From: an uncultured Chloroflexia bacterium
GTDB taxonomy: Bacteria; Chloroflexota; Chloroflexia; QHBQ01; JADMIH01
DNA length: 64,000 bases
Direction of reading: 5' to 3'
Assembly (NCBI GenBank): GCA_963797095.1
Contig: CAWCNY010000002.1
Location: 640,001-704,000 of the forward strand
The position numbers were made by a program, and so were the translations under genes. Under the pieces are notes generated by a model. The model was given only the letters and a program-made list of their open reading frames with translations. It had not been told where the DNA came from and did not search any database. Of this stretch, positions 56,689 to 64,000 are shown piece after piece (the stretch's first letter is position 1; the number at the start of each line of letters is the position of its first letter).

Positions 56689-58206
56689 ATGGAAAGGATC
56701 GGAATATCAGAACGGAAAAACCGGAAGTGGGCGATATTGGCCCTGGCAGCACTGGCCCTTTCTCTCCTTCCTGCAGGGATGAGGCCCGCACTCGCTCAAG
56801 GGGACTCGCGTACCTTCACGGAAACAGGCAAGACCGTCAGCGGTAAATTCCTGGCATATTGGAACGATCACGGTGGCCTGGCTCAGCAGGGCCTCCCGAT
56901 CAGCGACGAAATGCAGGACCAATCGCCTCTCGACGGCAAGACCTACACGATGCAATACTTCGAGCGAGCGGTCTTCGAGATGCACCCTGAAAACCAGGCT
57001 CCCAACGACGTACTGCTATCGCTCCTGGGTGTCTTCCAGTTCACCAAGCTTCACCCTCAGGGCGTCGCTGATGCCAAGGCCAGCACCGACAATCCCGCCA
57101 CATTCAGCGAGACCGGTATGACCATCGGTGGCAAGTTCCGCGACTACTGGGAGAGCCACGGCGGCCTTGCCCAGCAGGGCTACCCCATCTCTAACGAGTT
57201 CGATGAAGTAAGCCCCCTCGACGGCAAAACCTATACAGTCCAGTACTTCGAGCGCGCCGTCTTTGAGCTTCACCCTGAGAACACCGCTCCCAACGACGTG
57301 CTTCTGTCTCAGTTGGGCACGTTCCAGTATCAGAATGTGACCGACCTCTCCTTCACGGACTGGACCGGCACCACCCACACCCTCCCCAAGCGCCCAACCA
57401 GGATCGTCTGCCTCACGGGCTTCTGCGAGGATGCCCTCTTCCAGCTTGGTATCGAGCCTGTGGCCGTCAGCGACACGCTCTACAAGCAGCCATACCTCTG
57501 GGGTCCCGATAAGGACTTCCCCGCTATCGGCGGCGGTTTCGGTGCTCCCAATCTGGAAGACATCGCCAAGGCGACCCCCGACCTCGTTATTGGCTTCCAG
57601 AACCTCATCCCGCAGCGCGCAGCCATCGAGAAGATCGCGCCTCTCTTTATCATCAACCCCGGCAAGTTCGAGGATACAATCGACAATCTGCGCATCCTCG
57701 CCCGCCTGACCGGCACTTCCTACAAGGGCGAGCAGGCCATCAAGGCGTTCTACGCCAAGCTAAACGCCTACCGCGCCAAGTCGCCCAACAATCAGGTGCC
57801 TGTGCTTCTCTTTGGCAATAGCGTCAACTTCAGCATCTTCACCCAGCCCTCCATGCCGGGTAGCATCCTCACCGCCGCTACCTACTATCCGTGGCCCGCG
57901 GAAGGTGGTCCGCTCTCCCCCGACCAGGAACCGGGTTCCCTCCAGTATTCCCTTGAGAAGCTGCTGGACAAAGACCCCGACGTGATCCTCTCGATCACCC
58001 AGGGTTCCGGCGCTAACGGCAAGCTCTCGGAGATACTTGCCAAGAACCCGATCTGGAGCCAGCTCAAGGCCGTGAAGAACGGTCGCGTATACGAGGTAAA
58101 CTTCTCCAACTACGTCACCGGGCGCGGTCTCATCTCCCTGGGCCTGGCCCTCGATGACGCAATGATGAAGATCTATCCCGACACCTTCACTAAACCACTA
58201 CCGTAA
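56689..58206 (+). CDS. Fe-siderophore/B12-type ABC substrate-binding protein with N-terminal wall-binding repeats
   Basis: Two ETG...YW..HGGLAQQG.PIS...QYFERAVFE.HPEN repeats; PTRIVCL, PNLEDIA..PDLVI, WSQLKAVKNGRVY. Confidence 0.85.
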   Translation: MERIGISERKNRKWAILALAALALSLLPAGMRPALAQGDSRTFTETGKTVSGKFLAYWNDHGGLAQQGLPISDEMQDQSPLDGKTYTMQYFERAVFEMHPENQAPNDVLLSLLGVFQFTKLHPQGVADAKASTDNPATFSETGMTIGGKFRDYWESHGGLAQQGYPISNEFDEVSPLDGKTYTVQYFERAVFELHPENTAPNDVLLSQLGTFQYQNVTDLSFTDWTGTTHTLPKRPTRIVCLTGFCEDALFQLGIEPVAVSDTLYKQPYLWGPDKDFPAIGGGFGAPNLEDIAKATPDLVIGFQNLIPQRAAIEKIAPLFIINPGKFEDTIDNLRILARLTGTSYKGEQAIKAFYAKLNAYRAKSPNNQVPVLLFGNSVNFSIFTQPSMPGSILTAATYYPWPAEGGPLSPDQEPGSLQYSLEKLLDKDPDVILSITQGSGANGKLSEILAKNPIWSQLKAVKNGRVYEVNFSNYVTGRGLISLGLALDDAMMKIYPDTFTKPLP

Positions 58207-58229
58207 TGGTATAACCGGCAAATAGACTG

Positions 58230-58254
58230 GGGATCAGGCGTAAAACCTGATCCC
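58230..58254 (+). other. Intra-operon stem-loop
   Basis: GGGATCAGG-N7-CCTGATCCC between the SBP and permease genes. Confidence 0.55.
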
Positions 58255-58275
58255 AATCCCTGTCCTTGTTCAATC

Positions 58276-59319
58276 ATGTCCACAATTACCCAAGCTCAAC
58301 CCCTATATCGCACTTCCCGGGTTAGCCGCCTGATTCTGGTGCTCATCGTACTCGTCCTGGCTTTGCTTGCACTCATGCTGCTCGGCTTGATGCTTGGCAT
58401 CCCTCAGCTAACCCTCTCCGACCTGATCGTGGTCGCCCAGGGTGGAGGCAGCCGTCTTGCCGGCATCGTCGTGCCACAATTGAGACTCCCCCGCGAAGTA
58501 TTGGGCGCTATGGCTGGCGCTATGCTTGCCCTCGCGGGCACCATGTTCCAGGACTCGATGCGCAACCCCCTGGCAGGCCCTGAGCTTATCGGTGTTTCCA
58601 GCGGTGCGTCCTTCGTAATGGCAGCCATCGTCATATTCCATCTTCCTGTTCCCTGGGAGTTATACCCCGTCGCGGCTCTCGCCGGGGGTATGTTCGCGGG
58701 GAGCATCGCCCTCTTTTCCATGCGTCGCCTGGGCGACCCTGTTCGTCTCGTCCTCATGGGCGTATCGGTTAGCGCCCTCCTGCACGCCGGTATCATTGCC
58801 ATCATCAGCCTGGGCGAGCAAAATGACGTGGGATTGCTCTACCTCTATCTCCTCGGCAGCCTGGCGAACCGCACCTGGGACTATGTAAATCTGGTGTGGC
58901 CCTGGGCGGTTGTCTGCATCCCCCTCTCCCTCATGATGGCGCGCCCCCTCAACCTCCTTCAATTGGGCGATGAGATGGCCGAGGGATTGGGCCTGCACGT
59001 GGTCAGGTGGCGCATCCTCATTATGACCATTGGCGCTATGATGGTGGCTTCTGTTGTCGCCGTGGCAGGCCCAATAGGCTACGTTGCCCTGGTGTGCCCT
59101 CATATTGCGCGGCGGCTTATGAGAACCACCGATGCGCGTGTGGTATTGCCGGTGGCTATGCTGTTGGGCTCTATACTTCTCGTCGGGGCCGACCTCCTGG
59201 CGAAGAACCTCTTCTCCCCACTAGAATTACCCGTTGGCCTCTGGACTACCCTCATCGGCGGGCCTCTCCTTGTGGTGATGATGCGACGGCAGTTAGCTGG
59301 TGCAAAGGCGATGAGATGA
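58276..59319 (+). CDS. FecCD-family iron ABC permease
   Basis: LRLPR, RNPLAGP..IGVSSGA, LGDEMAEGLG, PHIAR. Confidence 0.92.
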   Translation: MSTITQAQPLYRTSRVSRLILVLIVLVLALLALMLLGLMLGIPQLTLSDLIVVAQGGGSRLAGIVVPQLRLPREVLGAMAGAMLALAGTMFQDSMRNPLAGPELIGVSSGASFVMAAIVIFHLPVPWELYPVAALAGGMFAGSIALFSMRRLGDPVRLVLMGVSVSALLHAGIIAIISLGEQNDVGLLYLYLLGSLANRTWDYVNLVWPWAVVCIPLSLMMARPLNLLQLGDEMAEGLGLHVVRWRILIMTIGAMMVASVVAVAGPIGYVALVCPHIARRLMRTTDARVVLPVAMLLGSILLVGADLLAKNLFSPLELPVGLWTTLIGGPLLVVMMRRQLAGAKAMR

Positions 59320-60422
59320 CCAGCCCTTCCAGCGAGTACCAGGTACCAGGCAGCGAGTACCGGGCTGCCGCTGCCAAATATCGCCTGCCTGCCGCCGTCG
59401 GTCAGCCTTTCCTCGTGCGCAACTTCCCTATCGTCCTGGTGGCGGGCGTGCTCTTGCTCGGCATCCTCATCCTGGCCCACATCAATATCGGCACGGCTGA
59501 CATTTCCGTCCAGGACATAATTAAAGTGCTCACCGGCCAGAAGGTTGACGATGTAACCTACACAATCGTCCACGAACTGCGCTTGCCTCGCGCTCTCGTA
59601 GCGGTGCTGGCGGGCGCGATGCTCGCCCTCGCTGGTGCGATCATGCAGACCGTTACCCGCAACCCGCTGGCCGACCCCGACCTCACCGGGGCGACTTCGG
59701 GCGCGGTCTTCTTCGCGGTGTTGTGGCTCTCTCGCCAGTTGTTCTATCGCAACGTCGCTCCACCCGATATCAGCGTACCCGCCATCGCGATGGTAGGCAG
59801 CGTGCTCACCGGAGGATTTGTCTACTTCTTGAGCCGGGGCCGCGACCGCCAATCCAACACCATCCGTATGGTATTGACCGGCGTGATGATAAGCGCGATC
59901 TTCCGCTCGCTAACCTCCCTCATCTTGCTGATAAACCAGAACGCTACCAGCGGAATCCTCACCTGGATCATAGGCTCGCTCAATGGCGTCACCTGGGAAC
60001 ACTGGGATACCATCTGGCCCTGGGCTGCTTCCACCATACCTATAGGCATAGGCTGTGCGGGCGTCGCCAATGTTCTCCACCTCGGCGACGACATAGCCTC
60101 CGGCCTCGGCTCGCGGGTCGAGCGTTCGCGCCTCCTCCTCTTGTTCGTGGCGGTACTTCTCACCGCTGCCTCCGTATCGGTGGTAGGCGCGTTGGGCTTT
60201 CTCGGTCTGATTGCTCCACATATCGCCCGCCGGCTGGTAGGAAATGATTCCAGGCGCGTCTTCCCTCTGAGCGCCATCATAGGGGCGACTATACTAATCC
60301 TGGCAGATATTTTTGCCAGGAGCCTGACCGAAACCGTGCCTCTCCCGGTCGGGGCGGTCCTGGCGCTGGTGGGCACGCCTTTCTTGATCTACTTATTACG
60401 CAGGGGAATAAAAAGGGGCTAG
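59316..60422 (+). CDS. FecCD-family iron ABC permease
   Basis: LRLPRAL, RNPLADP, LGDDIASGLG, APHIAR; ATGA overlap with the previous gene. Confidence 0.92.
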   Translation: MTSPSSEYQVPGSEYRAAAAKYRLPAAVGQPFLVRNFPIVLVAGVLLLGILILAHINIGTADISVQDIIKVLTGQKVDDVTYTIVHELRLPRALVAVLAGAMLALAGAIMQTVTRNPLADPDLTGATSGAVFFAVLWLSRQLFYRNVAPPDISVPAIAMVGSVLTGGFVYFLSRGRDRQSNTIRMVLTGVMISAIFRSLTSLILLINQNATSGILTWIIGSLNGVTWEHWDTIWPWAASTIPIGIGCAGVANVLHLGDDIASGLGSRVERSRLLLLFVAVLLTAASVSVVGALGFLGLIAPHIARRLVGNDSRRVFPLSAIIGATILILADIFARSLTETVPLPVGAVLALVGTPFLIYLLRRGIKRG

Positions 60423-60423
60423 A

Positions 60424-61302
60424 ATGAATGATAATCCGGTAAGTAAGAACGGTTCGCTACCCGGGAACCCATCCGCGAACGGCCATAAACCGGTTCTCAG
60501 GGCCGACACACTCAATATCGGTTACGGCCAGCACATTGTGGTTGAGGGCCTGTCTCTCGACCTGCTGAAGGGCGGCGTTACCGCGCTCGTAGGCCCGAAC
60601 GGTTCGGGCAAATCAACCCTGCTGAAAACTCTGGCCCGATTGCTCCAGCCAAGCTCAGGCGCGGTCTACCTGAACGGCAAGGCCATCTCGCGTATGCCCA
60701 CTTCTGCAGTAGCCCAGGAGATCGCTGTACTTCCTCAGGGTCCCGTCGCCCCCGCAGGCCTTACGGTTGCCGAGTTGGTAGAGCAGGGCCGCTACCCGCA
60801 CGCCGGGCCTCTACGAATGCTTCGCAAGCAAGACTATTCCGCTATCGGCGAAGCCATGCGCCTCACCGGCATGGAAGACTTCGCCCACCGCTCTCTCGAC
60901 AGCCTGTCGGGAGGCGAGAAGCAACGCGCCTGGATAGCCCTCGCTCTGGCCCAGGAGACCCCGGTCCTCCTGCTCGACGAGCCTACCACCTTCCTCGACA
61001 TAGGCCACCAGCTTGAAGTGCTGGAACTGGTAGAACAACTCAACCGGAACAAGGGCATGACGGTAGTGCTCGTACTGCACGACCTGAACCATGCAGCCCG
61101 CTACGCCGGCAGGATGGTAGCCCTCAAAGAGGGGCGCATAGTCGCCGATGGCTCGCCTTCGGAAGTGCTGACATCCACCCTCCTCACCGATCTATTCGGA
61201 GTACACGCCCACATAATTCCCGACCCCGAAACAGGCAAGCCGGTCTGCCTCCCTTACGCAGTAGTAACTCAGGAACAAGAGCAACCCATCAACAAACCAT
61301 GA
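60424..61302 (+). CDS. Iron/siderophore ABC ATP-binding protein
   Basis: GPNGSGKST, LSGGEKQR, LLLDEPT, VLHDLN. Confidence 0.93.
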   Translation: MNDNPVSKNGSLPGNPSANGHKPVLRADTLNIGYGQHIVVEGLSLDLLKGGVTALVGPNGSGKSTLLKTLARLLQPSSGAVYLNGKAISRMPTSAVAQEIAVLPQGPVAPAGLTVAELVEQGRYPHAGPLRMLRKQDYSAIGEAMRLTGMEDFAHRSLDSLSGGEKQRAWIALALAQETPVLLLDEPTTFLDIGHQLEVLELVEQLNRNKGMTVVLVLHDLNHAARYAGRMVALKEGRIVADGSPSEVLTSTLLTDLFGVHAHIIPDPETGKPVCLPYAVVTQEQEQPINKP

Positions 61303-61350
61303 ACCGGCTACCGGCAACCGGCAACCAATTATCACAAGGAGCCAACAACA

Positions 61351-61881
61351 ATGCAATTGGTAACCCGCAAAGGAGCCAGATTCGACCGCACCGCCTGTGC
61401 CTGGATCATCAGGCGCTATATAGACCCTGGCGCCGAGTTTGGCTTCCTCACCGCCGAGGAAATGCCCGCCGCCATCGAATCGGGTGCGAAAGCCTTCCAC
61501 AACTACGCCTGGACCGGCAACCGCGTCGACGTTCCAGCAGATCGCATCAACTTTCCTCGCCTCCTTGAGCTTTACGGTCTCGACAAAGACCCCGCCCTCG
61601 TCAGCTTTGGTGGGCTTGTCCGCAAAGCCGAGCGCAGTGGTCGCAACAGCGACGGCAGCGAGCAATACGGCTTGTGGGCAATCGCCAACGGCATGAGCAA
61701 ACTAGCCGGTGGCGACGATGCCGCCTTCACCGACCGCATGATGCCCGTCTACGATGCCCTCTACGCCTATTGCCAGGCCCTGGAAGCAGGCAGCACAGGC
61801 TGGGGACCTGAGTTAGCCCCACTCGTCACTCGTCACTCGTCACTCGTCCCCCAAAGAGAGTCACAAAACACACATGGATGA
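61351..61881 (+). CDS. Second stand-alone ChrB C-terminal domain protein
   Basis: LVTRKG..FDRTACAWIIRRYIDPGAEF...DPAL...YDALYA; AAGGAG RBS. Confidence 0.85.
   Translation: MQLVTRKGARFDRTACAWIIRRYIDPGAEFGFLTAEEMPAAIESGAKAFHNYAWTGNRVDVPADRINFPRLLELYGLDKDPALVSFGGLVRKAERSGRNSDGSEQYGLWAIANGMSKLAGGDDAAFTDRMMPVYDALYAYCQALEAGSTGWGPELAPLVTRHSSLVPQRESQNTHG
61821..61848. repeat. (ACTCGTC)x4 in the 3' end of the chrB-like gene
   Basis: Same heptamer as 1741-1817. Confidence 0.9.
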
Positions 61882-62203
61882 CGCTCCACAATACATAGCG
61901 CCTTTACTGCAAGCCGTTGCTGCCCGGCCTGAGGCCGCAACCTACTACCTGGATCTCGTCAGACTCCTCCAGGAGCACGACCGCGCCCACTCCAGCGACC
62001 TCCTCGGCACTCTCTCCCAGTACCTCTACCATGCAGGCAACGTCACCCGCGCCGCGAAGGCCCTCTACCTCCATCGTAGCACCCTTCTTCACAGGCTTGG
62101 CCGCATCACAACCCTCACTTCCCTCGACCTCTCCGACCCTTATGTGCGCCTGGCGCTCTGGGTTAGTGTGCTACTCGTAGAGAATGTTAGAAGCTCAAAG
62201 TGA
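61874..62203 (+). CDS. PucR C-terminal HTH-only protein
   Basis: LLGTL..YL...GNVTRAAKALYLHRSTL.HRL.RI...LDL.DP..RLAL; overlaps the chrB-like stop. Confidence 0.85.
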   Translation: MDDAPQYIAPLLQAVAARPEAATYYLDLVRLLQEHDRAHSSDLLGTLSQYLYHAGNVTRAAKALYLHRSTLLHRLGRITTLTSLDLSDPYVRLALWVSVLLVENVRSSK

Positions 62204-62252
62204 TTTCCTCAAAACATTTCTTGTAGATGATCTATCAATTCAGAATAGAATT

Positions 62253-62261
62253 TGTTATAAT
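62253..62261 (+). promoter_or_regulatory. Extended -10 promoter element
   Basis: TGTTATAAT about 145 bp upstream of ATG 62407. Confidence 0.5.
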
Positions 62262-62406
62262 TAGGCTCCGAACAGCGCGTCCTGCGACTGTTCACTGTGC
62301 CTTAACGCAGCCGCCACGAGTTGATAGTCTACTGGTTCGCTTCCCCGTGGGAGGCTCGTGATACACCGGATACTCAGCTAGGTCTTATTGTGAAAGGAGC
62401 ACGCAG

Positions 62407-63756
62407 ATGCACAGGATTCGTCCCTCTATTGCGGTGGCTGTAATGGCTCTACTAGGTGCCGTTGCACTATTCGGCGCTTTCGCCGCAGGCGCCGGCCCGC
62501 GCACCGTTGCATTATCTGACTCGGAGCTAACGGTACCGAGAGCAAACATGGGAATGGCAGCCAACTTCCAGGCATCGCCAGCCACAGGCAAAGGGAGCAC
62601 AGCCTCCCTCCCCTTCGCCAATATTCGGGTCAACCAGGACCAGGGAATAGAAGCTCAAAATGAGCCTTTCATAGCTGTCAATCCGTCCAATGCCCGCCAC
62701 ATCGTGGTAGGAGCCAACAACTGGGAAGCAGGCAATGGCCGCTTCGAAGTCACAGCCTACGTCTCCTTTGACGGAGGAGTGAGTTGGGCCACCTCCCACC
62801 CATACATCGATAGGAACGCAGGTCGCCTCAACGCCGCAGACCCCACAGTATCATTCGGGCAGGACGGAACGGTGTACTTCGGGTTCGTAGCCATGACCCC
62901 AGCCCCAGGAGCAGTGGCAGTGTCCACCTCCCATGATGGAGGGCTGAGTTGGTCCTCCCAAAGTTGGGCCACCCCCTTCACCACCCAGGCGGACAAGCCG
63001 GCCATAGCAGAGGCAGCGGGCAAGCTGTACGTCTTCTACCAGAACACCTCCCTGATGAGCACAGTATCCTCAAACGGAGGAGCAAGCTGGTCAGCAGCCT
63101 CCACGATAGAGGCAGGAGGGAAGAACGCAGCCCCAGTAGTGGACAGCCACGGCAACGTATATGTCTTCTACAACACCCCCACCGCCATCAGGGTAGCCCG
63201 CCCAGGAATGGGAAGGATAGTGACCGTGTCGGACGCAGTAGCGCTGCAATCGAGGCCGGTGCAGTACCGAGCGGGAGTATACCCGACAGCGGGAGTAGAC
63301 GGGCATGGAGTGCTGTACGTAGCATGGGCAGATGGTAGGAACATCAGCACAGGCAACGACATCATGGTCTCACGGTCAACCAACGGGACGAGTTGGAGTG
63401 GAGCCGAGAGAGTGAACACAGACGCAGGGTATGCAGACCAGTTGATGCCGGCGCTAAGTGTAGGGAGAGACGGGGCAGTATCGATAGCATGGTTAGACAC
63501 TCGGAATGACCCGTCAAGAGTGAACTACGACGTGTACATGGCCCGCTCAGAAGATGGAGCAAGCTGGAGTGGGGCAAACAGCAGGGTAAGTGCGGTGTCA
63601 TCGAACCCGAACAACGACCCGAGGATGCAAGGGCAGCTAATCGGGGACTACTTCGCACTAGGAGCGGGAGATGGAGGAGTGTACGTGGTATGGACAGACA
63701 CTCGGAATGCCAACGAGGACATCTACCTCGCTCCTGTCCCTACCTCTAACAACTAG
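62407..63756 (+). CDS. Secreted BNR/Asp-box (sialidase-like) beta-propeller protein
   Basis: Signal peptide; QNEP.IAVNP, repeated SxDGGxSW Asp-boxes, GDYF, WTDTRN; GAAAGGAG RBS. Confidence 0.82.
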   Translation: MHRIRPSIAVAVMALLGAVALFGAFAAGAGPRTVALSDSELTVPRANMGMAANFQASPATGKGSTASLPFANIRVNQDQGIEAQNEPFIAVNPSNARHIVVGANNWEAGNGRFEVTAYVSFDGGVSWATSHPYIDRNAGRLNAADPTVSFGQDGTVYFGFVAMTPAPGAVAVSTSHDGGLSWSSQSWATPFTTQADKPAIAEAAGKLYVFYQNTSLMSTVSSNGGASWSAASTIEAGGKNAAPVVDSHGNVYVFYNTPTAIRVARPGMGRIVTVSDAVALQSRPVQYRAGVYPTAGVDGHGVLYVAWADGRNISTGNDIMVSRSTNGTSWSGAERVNTDAGYADQLMPALSVGRDGAVSIAWLDTRNDPSRVNYDVYMARSEDGASWSGANSRVSAVSSNPNNDPRMQGQLIGDYFALGAGDGGVYVVWTDTRNANEDIYLAPVPTSNN

Positions 63757-63935
63757 ACACCCAGCGACCCAAGCGTTCACGGTGGAAGGTCGTGTGTTCG
63801 AGTGAGCGGTAAGCAAGCGACTTGAGCACACACCCACCTACCGGCACATTGGGATTGCCGGCCATGAGAGCGGTCCTGCTTGGCGGGATCGCTCTTACTT
63901 TGTTAATATAGACCCGAAAGGCGCTACGCATCGGC

Positions 63936-64000
63936 ATGGAGAAAAGCAATCACCGCACAAGCAAAGCAGCCCGTCCCCTGGCCTTCGCACTGATCCTCGC
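63936..64000 (+). CDS. Possible start of a secreted protein (partial)
   Basis: MEKSNHRTSKAARPLAFALIL..., signal-peptide-like; runs off the edge. Confidence 0.35.
   Translation, partial: MEKSNHRTSKAARPLAFALIL

Noticed and set aside
59007-59315. N-terminal extension of the second permease
   Set aside because: Overlaps the first permease; ATG 59316 with an ATGA overlap is the natural start.
62265-62365. c-di-GMP-II or preQ1 riboswitch
   Set aside because: Only short partial resemblances; I could not find the required pseudoknot and conserved segments, so it is kept as an unassigned leader.

Overview
GC-rich bacterial DNA, most likely from a Chloroflexota (Chloroflexia-like) genome. This is inferred from the Cys-containing 'GYPCGGPGEPC' SLH domains, the 'ETG..YW..HGGL..GYPIS..QYFERA' wall-binding repeats and an LPXTG protein. 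From left to right: (1) a minus-strand sulfur-relay operon (HTH-PocR regulator, 2x TusA, 2x DsrE2, SQR-like flavoprotein, P1B-5-type ATPase running off the left edge); (2) housekeeping and surface genes (large GH13, APH(6)-like kinase, M20 peptidase, IorAB-like molybdoenzyme, GH5-SLH, two paralogous membrane-anchored Ig-like proteins, a repeat-SLH protein), punctuated by REP-type palindrome clusters; (3) a ~23 kb accessory region (about 24.7-47.6 kb) that appears to split one REP cluster and carries an all-in-one kinase/regulator, stress-type small genes, two copies of an unannotated small-peptide motif, remnants of IS110, ISAs1, IS5, IS630 and ISL3, several pseudogenes and a 3,000-aa cyclic beta-1,2-glucan synthase; (4) SGNH, MFS, NHL and Mrr_N-type genes; (5) a metal-uptake-like cluster bracketed by two stand-alone ChrB-domain genes; (6) a secreted BNR/sialidase-like gene. 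I saw no rRNA, tRNA or CRISPR array. All calls come from motif recognition by eye; no searches were run.
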